A program made the position numbers and the translations under genes. DNA of 61,303 nt from Salinivirgaceae bacterium (GTDB taxonomy: Bacteria; Bacteroidota; Bacteroidia; Bacteroidales; SZUA-534): assembly GCA_024405635.1 (NCBI GenBank), contig JAKSOL010000017.1:1-61303 (forward strand), read 5' to 3'. The notes under the pieces are model-generated. The model was not told the DNA's origin. It made no database searches and saw only the letters and a list, made by a program, of their open reading frames with translations. The stretch's first letter is position 1. Each line of letters opens with the position of its first letter. This document shows, piece after piece, positions 28,439 to 39,425 of the stretch.

Positions 28439-31093
28439 CTATTTGTTCATTAACATCTCCACCAACTTCTTCAACTCATCAATCTGCTTTTGTTGTTCTT
28501 TAATTGCCTCTATTAGTACAGGTGTAAGTTTTGTGTAGTCAACAGTTTTGTAGCCGTAAACATCTGTTCCAACCAACTCTGGGAATACCTTTTCAACTTC
28601 TTGTGCAATAACACCTATTTGGGTGTCTTGGTTTGTGCAATAGTGGTAGGTAGTGTTGCCTTCCGAATCAGATTGGGTTGCGTTAGCAAGTTGTTCCATT
28701 TCATCTTTCGACTTCCAATTGTAAGTAACACCGGTTATCTGCATCAACTTGTAAAGAGGATTGTCTATTGCGACGATATTTTTCTTTAGGTTAATGTCTG
28801 AGTTTTGTGTCAAAGTACCATTTATGTTTACCGTGCTTCCATATAAGTCACCAGTAATAAGGTTACCAATGAACAATTTGCCATTGCCTTTGATTCCATA
28901 TCCAGCCTGGTTTCCTATGCAGATGTTGTCGCTACCATCACTTCCAGAATATCGACCAATGGCAATATTTTGCGATCCTGTTGCATTGTCACCACCCGAT
29001 TGGAATCCTAAGTAAATGTTGTCATCTCCATTGCTGTTATATCCTGATCTATAACCCAACATTACATTGTTTGCGCCTGTTTTGTTGGCATAGCCACTCT
29101 CGCTTCCTAAAATTACGTTATAGCCTCCCGTTGTATTTTCAATGCCAGACCTATATCCCAAGAAAACATTTGATCCACCGATTGTGTTGTTTCTACCGCA
29201 TAATTCACCAATAAAGACATTGTCGCCACCTTGGGTGTTGTTATTTCCTGCAGAGTATCCCATGAATATGTTATACTCGCCAGTTGTATTTTTCTCACCG
29301 CAATGGTCACCAATAAAAACATTGCAGTTTCCAATACTATTCTTTCCGGTATATGTACCAATAAACACATTGCTTTCTCCGCTAACATTGGAATAACCTG
29401 ATTGACTACCAACGAAAACGTTCCATCGACCATTCTTGTTATTAAAACCTGACTGGTTACCCATAAACACATTCTCATAACCATTACTGTTACTATAGCC
29501 AGATTGGTTGCCAAAAAAGATGTTTTGGTATCCAGATGTGTTCATGTTGCCTGCTTTGTTTCCTATGATAACATTTTCGTTTCCAGTAGTATTTTCTGCA
29601 CCTGCACGGTTTCCAATAAATGTGTTGTTTATACCACCATCTAGTTTTGCGCCCGCCTCGTAACCAATCACATAGTTATCAGCGGTAATGTTCATATATC
29701 CTGAATTAGACATAGCTCCCTTTTCCTCAACAAAGAATCCACTTTTCCCTTCGTCATCTCCTTTTCCTTCAACACCAAATCCACTCTTGCTCGAGCTCCC
29801 GTCAACATAAACATGTGTGCTCTCTTTGGTAACTACCATCACCTGATTGTTGCCATTATCTTTGGCACCGCTGCGGCCTCGCACTGCAAAAGCCGATTTA
29901 GCTGCTTTGCCACTTTCATCGTCAACGTAAACAGTTGTTTCGTCGGTGTTTACTGCAAGAATGTTGTTCTCGCCTTTGGCTCCGCTACGACCACGCACTG
30001 CGAATGCCGATTTTGCTGCTTTGCTGTCGTCGTCATCAACGTAAACGGTTGTAGCGTCAGTATTTACGGCTAAAATATCGTTCTCGCCTTTGGCTCCGCT
30101 ACGACCACGCACTGCGAATGCCGATTTTGCTGCTTTGCTATCATCGTCATCAACGTAAACGGTTGTTGATTCGGTATTTACGGCAAAAATATCGTTCTCG
30201 CCTTTGGCTCCGCTACGGCCGCGCACTGCGAATGCCGATTTTGCTGCTTTGCTGTCGTCATCGTCAACGTAAATGGTTGTCGATTCAGTATTTACGGCAA
30301 AAATATCGTTCTCACCTTTGGCCCCGCTACGGCCGCGCACTGCGAATGCCGATTTTGCAGCTTTGCCGCCATCTTCGTCAACGTAAACTGTTGTTCCATC
30401 GGTACCAACTGAAAGAATATCGGTTTCGCCTTTGGCTCCGCTGCGACCGCGTACTGCAAATGCCGATTTTGCTGCTTTGCTATCGTCGTCGTTTGCGTAA
30501 ACTACTGTTCCTGTTGGATATACAGCAAATACCACGTTGCCTTCTTTGTCTTTTACCTCAAATAGTGCCTCATCGTCGGCGGCGGTTGATGCTGCCTGAA
30601 TGCTGGCCGATTTGAATTCAACGTTGTCGCCGCGCTCAGTTTTTAGTTCCATAAGTTGTTCGGGGGTAAAATCTTCGTATTTGAAAGCTTCACCCTTGTC
30701 GCCTTTTTTGCCATTAACAGCATACAATGCATAAGGTACTGCGTTTATTTTGGCTTTGCCAAAGTCAAATGGTTGACCGTCAACGGTGGCCGACACTTTC
30801 ATCCACACATCGTTGCTTGCCCAATCAACGTCGGCAAGAGTTTTTCCGTTGGTTGATGTCCCTTCGCCAATATTTGCAGTAAAAACACCATAGTTATTAG
30901 TTTTAACTGTCTGACTTTCTGTATAATAGGTTATTGCATCGTTTCTATCAACCAATGATATGGTTAGCGGAATATTGGTTGTTTTAACAACCTCGCCTTT
31001 TGCGTTGCGTACTACGGCTTGATACGAAAAACTTTGGGCGCTTACATAGTGAGCAAATGTTGCTATTATCAGCAATAAGGATATTTTTTTCAT
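28439..31093 (-). CDS. Secreted tail-fibre-like protein B with C-terminal Peptidase S74 chaperone
   Basis: Paralog of protein A: signal peptide (..VSAQ), SYQAVVRN domain, 6 x 38-aa repeats, NVFxG beta-helix repeats and SDINLKK...GVIAQEVEKVFPELV. TACTTTTG -7 box at 31118-31125 supports ATG 31093. Confidence 0.85.
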   Translation of the reverse strand: MKKISLLLIIATFAHYVSAQSFSYQAVVRNAKGEVVKTTNIPLTISLVDRNDAITYYTESQTVKTNNYGVFTANIGEGTSTNGKTLADVDWASNDVWMKVSATVDGQPFDFGKAKINAVPYALYAVNGKKGDKGEAFKYEDFTPEQLMELKTERGDNVEFKSASIQAASTAADDEALFEVKDKEGNVVFAVYPTGTVVYANDDDSKAAKSAFAVRGRSGAKGETDILSVGTDGTTVYVDEDGGKAAKSAFAVRGRSGAKGENDIFAVNTESTTIYVDDDDSKAAKSAFAVRGRSGAKGENDIFAVNTESTTVYVDDDDSKAAKSAFAVRGRSGAKGENDILAVNTDATTVYVDDDDSKAAKSAFAVRGRSGAKGENNILAVNTDETTVYVDDESGKAAKSAFAVRGRSGAKDNGNNQVMVVTKESTHVYVDGSSSKSGFGVEGKGDDEGKSGFFVEEKGAMSNSGYMNITADNYVIGYEAGAKLDGGINNTFIGNRAGAENTTGNENVIIGNKAGNMNTSGYQNIFFGNQSGYSNSNGYENVFMGNQSGFNNKNGRWNVFVGSQSGYSNVSGESNVFIGTYTGKNSIGNCNVFIGDHCGEKNTTGEYNIFMGYSAGNNNTQGGDNVFIGELCGRNNTIGGSNVFLGYRSGIENTTGGYNVILGSESGYANKTGANNVMLGYRSGYNSNGDDNIYLGFQSGGDNATGSQNIAIGRYSGSDGSDNICIGNQAGYGIKGNGKLFIGNLITGDLYGSTVNINGTLTQNSDINLKKNIVAIDNPLYKLMQITGVTYNWKSKDEMEQLANATQSDSEGNTTYHYCTNQDTQIGVIAQEVEKVFPELVGTDVYGYKTVDYTKLTPVLIEAIKEQQKQIDELKKLVEMLMNK
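29795..30490 (-). repeat. 6 x 114-bp coding tandem repeat (same family as 19880-20800)
   Basis: Six KAAKSAFAVRGRSGAK units in the translation. Confidence 0.9.
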
Positions 31094-31143
31094 AAAAAAC
31101 TTGTGTTTATTATGTGACAAAAGTAATATAATCAACTATAATC

Positions 31144-31174
31144 AAAAAAGCCTAAGCAAAAGCTTAGGCTTTTT
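31144..31174. terminator. Rho-independent terminator
   Basis: AAAAAAGCCTAAGCAAAAGCTTAGGCTTTTT. Confidence 0.85.
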
Positions 31175-31288
31175 AGGTGTTGTTTTGGTAACTTTATGAT
31201 TGAAATGAACAACTGTCATAGCGCCATCACTTTATAAACCCAAAAACAGCACTCAACATTTGAGTTTTAGACATTGCAATTTTCATTT

Positions 31289-31978
31289 TTACTTGTTGTT
31301 TACTTGCTCTCTATAATTTTCGAGTTGAATTTTAATAGTTTCTAACTCTTGTTGCAAAGCATCAACCATTTGACGCATTTTTTCTCTCTCTTCGTTTATT
31401 GAGTTAATGTTGCTCTGTAATATAGCGTTGTCGGTTTGGAATCTTTCAATCTGCTGTTTAAGGTTTTCATTTCCCGATTCAACACGACTTACCTGCATCA
31501 CAATATCACCATTAAACGTTCTAAACCTTTCTATTTGTCTGTTGAGTTTATCATTTTCTGATTTAACTTCTTCAACCTCTTTTTGTAAATTATCTTTCTC
31601 GGTTTTTAGTTCCTTAATAGCTTCAATAAGAATTGGTGTTAGGTTTTCGTATGATACCAACTTATATCCTTTGTCATTGGTAATGACCAATTCTGGATAA
31701 ATCTTTTCTACATCTTGAGCTATAAGCCCTATATGCTTTTGGTCGTCAAATTTCTGGTCAGGAAAGTCTTTTACTCGCCAGTAGTAAGTAACACCATTAA
31801 GTTTTAGTACATTTTCTAGAGCATCTTTAAGTGGTTTAATGCTCTTTTTGTAGCGTTTGTCGGAAAACTGATATGTTCCGCAAATGGCATCGTTTAAATC
31901 AATTGAAAGACTTTGAGCCTCGAGTTGTAGTACTAATGCCGATAGAAACAATAAAAGCGATATTTTTTTCATATTCAT
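31289..31978 (-). CDS. Signal peptide + near stand-alone Peptidase S74 domain + long coiled coil
   Basis: ..LEAQ signal peptide; SDKRYKKSI only 17 residues later; GVTYYW and GLIAQDVEKIYPELV; heptad-rich tail of about 110 aa. Confidence 0.85.
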   Translation of the reverse strand: MNMKKISLLLFLSALVLQLEAQSLSIDLNDAICGTYQFSDKRYKKSIKPLKDALENVLKLNGVTYYWRVKDFPDQKFDDQKHIGLIAQDVEKIYPELVITNDKGYKLVSYENLTPILIEAIKELKTEKDNLQKEVEEVKSENDKLNRQIERFRTFNGDIVMQVSRVESGNENLKQQIERFQTDNAILQSNINSINEEREKMRQMVDALQQELETIKIQLENYREQVNNK

Positions 31979-32153
31979 TTAAAAAATTAGGTTACAAATT
32001 TAACTATAACTCTATGTAGTAATACTAAGTTATTTACCTCTGCTATAATTGTTTGTTTTAGTTTGCGATACTTGTAGAACAAGGAGGTAAATAATGATCA
32101 ACTTGAAATTGAAAAAACGATACATTTACTGCCACTAAAAACATTAAAAATAA

Positions 32154-32822
32154 ATGCATCGCCGCTTTTACCCCTACTTGTTTGCGTATGCGCTTTTGCT
32201 GATTGCAATGGCATATTTGCTTTGCAATTATTCAAAAGGCGAATCGCATATACTTTTAAATGGATACCATACTGCGTGGCTTAACTCTTTTTTTAAATAC
32301 TACACAAAATTAGCCGAATGGCCATTTTATGTTATTGCAGCCATTCCTTTGTTTATTCCAAAATATCGTTGGTGGACTTATATGTACGCTGCATCAGAAT
32401 TGGGCAATGCATGCATTACAACCATTATTAAGCAAAGTTTTAACATGCCGCGCCCAAAAGCATTTTTTGGCGACCAACTTAGCGAATTAGTGCCAATTGT
32501 TGATGGTGTAAGATTACATAGTTGGCACTCGTTCCCTTCTGGTCACACTGCTACATTTTTCATATTTTTTACCACCATTGCTCTTTTGTGTGTTTACTAC
32601 AAACACCAACAGATTGCTGAAAGTGCTATAAAACGTTTAAGTTTTTGTTTTATAAATATGCTACTTGTTGTTTTAGCAGCATTAGGGTCGTACTCGCGCA
32701 TTTATTTGTCGCAACACTTTTTACTCGACTGCTTTGTGGGTAGCATTATTGGCATTGCTGTTCCGTGCTGTATGTTTACACTTTTTATTTACAAAAAGTG
32801 GGATAAACAACGTGTTAAATAA
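32154..32822 (+). CDS. PAP2-family membrane phosphatase
   Basis: K-x6-RP (KQSFNMPRP), PSGH and SRIYLSQH motifs. Confidence 0.92.
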   Translation: MHRRFYPYLFAYALLLIAMAYLLCNYSKGESHILLNGYHTAWLNSFFKYYTKLAEWPFYVIAAIPLFIPKYRWWTYMYAASELGNACITTIIKQSFNMPRPKAFFGDQLSELVPIVDGVRLHSWHSFPSGHTATFFIFFTTIALLCVYYKHQQIAESAIKRLSFCFINMLLVVLAALGSYSRIYLSQHFLLDCFVGSIIGIAVPCCMFTLFIYKKWDKQRVK

Positions 32823-34355
32823 TTAGAAACAGCTTGTTGATTGGTTGAAAATTGGACTTTCGACTCCCAACCACTTTAGCACACTGTGGAACACATAATG
32901 TTGGTCAACCTCTTTATTGGGGTTTATAAACTCGCGATAAGAGCCATCGGTCCAAACAATAAATGGAATTTCGTATTGCTCACGTGGAGCCATTTTCATA
33001 GGCATACCATGCATAAACAAATCGTTTTCGCCTAGCGATTCACCATGGTCCGACACATAAAGCATTGCGCAATGGCGGTCGGTTATAGTTGATAGCGAAT
33101 CGATTACACTACGAAGCAACCAATCGGTATAAACTACGCTATTATCGTAAGCGTTAATAAGGCGGTCGCGCTCTTTTTCGGCTTGCTCAACACTGCTGCA
33201 CACAGGTGTAAACACTTCAAACTGTTCAGGATACTGACGCTGATAATCAGGACCATGACTAGTGCTTGTATGAATAACAATTAGCACTTTATTGCTTTGG
33301 CTTTTCACTATGCGTTCTTTTAGGCCCATAAAAAGCACCTCGTCGTGTTGTTGACCCTCAACTCCGTATTGTGCAGCCAATTCTTTTCGGCTCACATACT
33401 CGTCAATATGAACAGGAGGTTCGCCCCAGTTGCTAGTGCGCCAAGCCACATCAACACCTGCGCGGAATAGATAGTTTGGCAATATTTCGTACAAATCGCC
33501 AGTTGACTTGTATTCTAAAATGCTTTTTACGCCAGCTGTGGTATATGTTGCACACGAGCGAGCCTCAAGCACATGTAGGCTATCAACCTCAGACAATAGC
33601 GGATTTGTATTGCGTTGATAACCGTATAGCGAAAAGTTAGCCTTTCGGGCCGATTCTCCTATAACCAGCACCATAGCACTGCGTTCGTTGTCGGCAAAAG
33701 TGGCATCGGGCAATTTTATCTCCTCTACTTGTTTGTCTCGTTGATGGCTCCACAATCGCAAGCTGTTTGCCACATACGACCAAGGCATTGTAAGCCCTCC
33801 CAATTCGGTATCGTACTTACCAATCCATAGTACTTGGTTCATGTTAAGTAGTATGAGTACTAAAGCTAATGCAACACTTATTCCGCTGCTTTTGGCCCAG
33901 TTTTTCCATGTTCCACGACCAACTTGCTGAGTGCAAATCCACATAGCAGGTAGTATTCCAAAAAACACAACCCAAATTACCAACCCAAACGAGAAAAAGC
34001 CCGATGCTTCGGAAAAACGTGTGTTAAACACATTGCCCATCATCGACTCGTCCATCATTGTATGGTAGGTTATGACAAAATATGTGCAAGTGGCGCTTAA
34101 AACCGAAAACAGCGATAACAACATTTTTCCAAGCCAACGCAGTTTCAGTAGCAAATAAAAAACCATGAAATTGAGTGCCAACACTATAACAACAAAGGTG
34201 ACTATTAGGAATATCTGCCTAAAGCCTCCCATATCGGCATGCGACATTACAAAGTTTAAAAACGGAATGTTGTAAAACAGTAAGTTTACAATTGACAGAA
34301 TGCCGCTCATTACAGATGCAGACATCTCTTTTTTCCAAAACATAATATTATTCAT
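32823..34355 (-). CDS. eptA: Phosphoethanolamine transferase (EptA/MCR family)
   Basis: Five TM segments at the N-terminus; GESAR, catalytic Thr in CATYT, SHGP, YDNS, SDHGESLGE and HG. TACGTTTG -7 box at 34379-34386. Confidence 0.9.
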   Translation of the reverse strand: MNNIMFWKKEMSASVMSGILSIVNLLFYNIPFLNFVMSHADMGGFRQIFLIVTFVVIVLALNFMVFYLLLKLRWLGKMLLSLFSVLSATCTYFVITYHTMMDESMMGNVFNTRFSEASGFFSFGLVIWVVFFGILPAMWICTQQVGRGTWKNWAKSSGISVALALVLILLNMNQVLWIGKYDTELGGLTMPWSYVANSLRLWSHQRDKQVEEIKLPDATFADNERSAMVLVIGESARKANFSLYGYQRNTNPLLSEVDSLHVLEARSCATYTTAGVKSILEYKSTGDLYEILPNYLFRAGVDVAWRTSNWGEPPVHIDEYVSRKELAAQYGVEGQQHDEVLFMGLKERIVKSQSNKVLIVIHTSTSHGPDYQRQYPEQFEVFTPVCSSVEQAEKERDRLINAYDNSVVYTDWLLRSVIDSLSTITDRHCAMLYVSDHGESLGENDLFMHGMPMKMAPREQYEIPFIVWTDGSYREFINPNKEVDQHYVFHSVLKWLGVESPIFNQSTSCF

Positions 34356-34523
34356 AGTTTAACGTAGCTTAAACGGCACAAACGTAATAAAATAGTGGCT
34401 TTGCGCTTGTCTGACATTGAAGTTGTAGCACTATGTTGTGGAGTCCGCTGACCAAATTGGTAGTAATCGTTACAATAGTTTATAATCATTGAGCTTTTAT
34501 AATGCACAATGGGAGGAATATTG

Positions 34524-36389
34524 TTACTTCAATAATTTTTCCACTTCGTCCATTAGTTCGTTCATACGTTTAATGGTCAAATCAAACGGCTCGCTGGTTG
34601 TTAAATCAACGCCAGCCTCTTTAAGTTGATTAATTGGATAATCAGACCCTCCCGATGACAATAGCTTTATATAACGATTCAAGGCTTTTTTGTCGCCCGA
34701 CAATATGCGCGATACTAACGATTGTGTTGCTGTAAATGATGTGCAGTATGTATAAACCGAAAAACCATCTTCGTAGAAATGAGGCACATACGACCATTCT
34801 ACATTAGCCAGTTCGTCGCAATAACAAATGCCCAAATCGTGACCAAAGTACTTACGCAACAATCCACCATATAGTTCAGATAAAATTTGTCCAGTTGTTG
34901 GCTCATTTTGCGATACTAATTTATGCACCTCCAATTCAAATTCGGCAAACAGAGCTTGACGGAACAATGTTCCTTTATAATCGTCAAGTATATTCATTAG
35001 TATTGATATACGTTGCGCCTTGCTATTTGAGTTTCGCAACATATAATCGTTAAATAGGGCTTCGTTAAATGTTGATGCAATTTCTGCCACAAACAAAGAA
35101 TAGTTAGCATTTGTATGTGTTTGATTTTTTGAAGAATACAATGCATGCATTGCATGGCCCATCTCGTGAGCTATTGTACTTGTTTCGGCATAATTGCCAG
35201 TATAGTTTATCAAAATGTATGGATGAACATCGTATGCACCCGCTTCGGCATAGCCACCCGATTCTTTTCCTCTAGTTGGATAAACATCAATCCAACGACC
35301 TTCAAATGCCGATTTAACATTTTTTACATAATCGTCACCCAATGGTTTCAACGCCTCGAGCAAAATACTTTGTGCCGCTTCGTATGTAAACTCAAAATCC
35401 GACTCTTCAACTGTAGGCGCATACATATCATAGTATCGGAGTTGATCTACGCCTAGCAATCTTTGTTTAAGTCGCAAATATCTGTGGAATGTGGGTAGGT
35501 TTTTATTTACATTTTCAATCAATGAGTAATAAACCGACTCAGGAATGCTATCGTTAAACAATTGTGCCTGCAAGGTACTTTCGAATTTATGGGCTCGGGC
35601 GCAAAAATCGTAGTATTGTATTTGTCCTGTAAGTATCTCGCCACAAGAACCTTGGTATTGTCCATAATTCTCCCAAAAAGCTTTAAATGCTTTTGCTCTA
35701 TCGGCACGGTTACGCGTTGCCATAACCACAGGATAATTTGTCTGTGTAAGTTCAACACTTTCGCCATTGGCTAGCGTAATGGTGGGACAAGGCATTTCAG
35801 CGTCCATTAACAACGAAAAAATTTTGTTGAAACTTCCGCCCATCATTCTAACTTGTACTATCAAGTTTTCTTCACTATCAGACAATGTGTGCAACCTTTG
35901 ACGAATAATGTCTGAAATGAGCATTCGATACTCGTTGAGTTTTGGCTCCTGTTTTAGGAACTGATATAACACCGAGTCGGTCAATTGGTTTATTTCGTCG
36001 GTAAACGACGATTCTTCCATTTGAAACTCCATGTATGCCGACTCGAAGACATGAGACAACACCCTGTTCTTGTCATTTGTAAGGTCTTGGCTTCCAATTA
36101 GTACCGCATACGAAAAAAGTTTATTAAACTCTTTAAGAAGGTAATCGCGTTTATCAAAATAATTGAACAACATTTGAGCAGACTGTCCAAGTTTGCCATG
36201 ATATTGCTCTAAATCCTGAACTTCGGCAACCAATTTATCTTTGTGCTCATACCATGCCTCGTTTGAGGGATATAAGTCAGACAAATTCCATTTGTACTTA
36301 TCGGGCACTTCAGCCCTATTTAGTTGCGCAGTTGCCGTTAACGATAACAATAATGCAGCGGCAAATGCTACAAATGGTTTAAATTTCAT
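34524..36389 (-). CDS. pepF: Oligoendopeptidase F (M3B) with signal peptide
   Basis: KWNLSDLY, WIDVYP..GKESGGY, HEMGH zinc motif and AEIASTFNE. Confidence 0.9.
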   Translation of the reverse strand: MKFKPFVAFAAALLLSLTATAQLNRAEVPDKYKWNLSDLYPSNEAWYEHKDKLVAEVQDLEQYHGKLGQSAQMLFNYFDKRDYLLKEFNKLFSYAVLIGSQDLTNDKNRVLSHVFESAYMEFQMEESSFTDEINQLTDSVLYQFLKQEPKLNEYRMLISDIIRQRLHTLSDSEENLIVQVRMMGGSFNKIFSLLMDAEMPCPTITLANGESVELTQTNYPVVMATRNRADRAKAFKAFWENYGQYQGSCGEILTGQIQYYDFCARAHKFESTLQAQLFNDSIPESVYYSLIENVNKNLPTFHRYLRLKQRLLGVDQLRYYDMYAPTVEESDFEFTYEAAQSILLEALKPLGDDYVKNVKSAFEGRWIDVYPTRGKESGGYAEAGAYDVHPYILINYTGNYAETSTIAHEMGHAMHALYSSKNQTHTNANYSLFVAEIASTFNEALFNDYMLRNSNSKAQRISILMNILDDYKGTLFRQALFAEFELEVHKLVSQNEPTTGQILSELYGGLLRKYFGHDLGICYCDELANVEWSYVPHFYEDGFSVYTYCTSFTATQSLVSRILSGDKKALNRYIKLLSSGGSDYPINQLKEAGVDLTTSEPFDLTIKRMNELMDEVEKLLK

Positions 36390-36479
36390 ATAGATATAAT
36401 GATAATTGTTTTGACAAAAGTAAAACTATTAGTTGACTTGTTCATAAAAATAATGCGACTATTAGATTTATTATGATTG

Positions 36480-36512
36480 AAAAAAAGAGCGCAACGTAAA
36501 AACGATGCGCTC
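36480..36512 (-). terminator. Terminator after atpC
   Basis: GAGCGCA...TGCGCTC stem with an A-run that reads as a U-tract on the minus strand. Confidence 0.7.
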
Positions 36513-36543
36513 CTGTATAATGTTTGAATAAAATTGCTGTGTT

Positions 36544-36801
36544 TTATTCTAAAGCCCCTGCCGACTCCAACAACACCACAATTTTGTTGTTATTCAATTC
36601 AACAAAGCCTTTTTCAATGCTGAACAAGTACTCTTTTTGCGACTCTTGCTCCACAATGCGAATTTGTCCTTTTTCAAGGGTTGAAATTATTGGCGCGTGG
36701 TTGTTCAAAATCTCAAACGAGCCTGATGTGCCAGGCACTTGTACTAGCGACACTTGGCCACTATACACAATTTTATCGGGGGTTATAATTTCAAGAGTCA
36801 T
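36544..36801 (-). CDS. atpC: ATP synthase F1 epsilon (short, N-domain only)
   Basis: LEIITPD and GSFEILNNHAPIIS; follows atpD. Confidence 0.93.
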   Translation of the reverse strand: MTLEIITPDKIVYSGQVSLVQVPGTSGSFEILNNHAPIISTLEKGQIRIVEQESQKEYLFSIEKGFVELNNNKIVVLLESAGALE

Positions 36802-36911
36802 AGTCTTTTTACAATTAAAAAGTTGCTATCTACACAACTTGCAAATTCTTAATTCAAACAAACGCAGGTTGTCTGCAACACTAGACAACTCTGCATTTTG
36901 TTTTAAATGGG

Positions 36912-38438
<1,527 letters not shown>

Positions 38439-38450
38439 TTATCTAAAAGT

Positions 38451-39425
38451 TTAATTGTTTCTATCTAAAAGTTGTCTATTTATAGTTTCCAAGTCGCTCA
38501 CATTCAGTCCTTCGGCTTTCAGTTCGGCAAGAATTGCATCGGCCTTTTTACTGTATTGTTCAATTTTTTGCTGGGTTTGCTCGTCTATCTTCAATTTTTT
38601 GAAAATGCTACGAACTGCTTCAATTTTTTCGTTTTCGTCAAACTCCGTTGCCGCAATCCATTTTTTAAGTTCATCGGCATCGTTACCAGTCGCCTGACGC
38701 ATGGCGTTAATCAGCAAGAATGTTTTTTTGTTGCACACTATATCGCCACCTATGCGCTTTCCAAAGTTTGCTTGGTTGCCAAAGCTATCGAGCCAATCGT
38801 CGCGTAGCTGAAAAGCCAAACCTAGGTTTATTCCGTATTGATAAAGTTTATCGGCTACTGCTATTGAAGCATCGGCAGTTAGCGCTCCTATTTTGAGACA
38901 AGCTCCTAGCAAAACCGATGTTTTTAGACGAATCATTTCAATGTATTCCTCTTCGGTAATGTTGTTGCGTGTTTCAAATTCCATATCGAACTGCTGCCCT
39001 TCGCATATTTCTTGTGCAGTACAGTTAAACACATTATATATTTCGGTTAGATGCGAACTACTAATGGTTGCCAAAATTCGATATGCCTCAATCAACATTG
39101 TGTCGCCCGACAAAATTGCTGTGTTATCATTCCATTTGATATGAACTGTTGGCTTTCCGCGGCGAATTGGTGCACGGTCCATTAAATCGTCGTGCAAGAG
39201 TGTAAAGTTGTGAAACATTTCAAGTGCCACGCCTGCTGTAATGGCTTGAGTGGCATCGGTTTTAAACATATTGCTTGCTAGTACAGTAAGCAATGGACGT
39301 ATGCGTTTGCCGCCTGCACTCATGGTGTAAGCAATGGGTTCGTACAACCCTTTGGGTTCACGTGCAAGGTTAAGTTGCGCTATACGCTCCTCAATTTGTG
39401 ACAATATGTTTTTAAAATCGCTCAT
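38451..39425 (-). CDS. Polyprenyl (FPP/GGPP) synthetase
   Basis: GGKRIRP, LLHDDLMD (FARM), GQQFD and FQLRDDWLD (SARM). Confidence 0.93.
   Translation of the reverse strand: MSDFKNILSQIEERIAQLNLAREPKGLYEPIAYTMSAGGKRIRPLLTVLASNMFKTDATQAITAGVALEMFHNFTLLHDDLMDRAPIRRGKPTVHIKWNDNTAILSGDTMLIEAYRILATISSSHLTEIYNVFNCTAQEICEGQQFDMEFETRNNITEEEYIEMIRLKTSVLLGACLKIGALTADASIAVADKLYQYGINLGLAFQLRDDWLDSFGNQANFGKRIGGDIVCNKKTFLLINAMRQATGNDADELKKWIAATEFDENEKIEAVRSIFKKLKIDEQTQQKIEQYSKKADAILAELKAEGLNVSDLETINRQLLDRNN

Noticed and set aside
18245-31978. Prophage or tailocin
   Set aside because: There are no capsid, terminase, sheath, baseplate, integrase or lysis genes, and all the proteins carry Sec signal peptides.
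36544-36801. atpC as a truncated pseudogene
   Set aside because: Short epsilon subunits lacking the C-terminal helices are normal in Bacteroidota.
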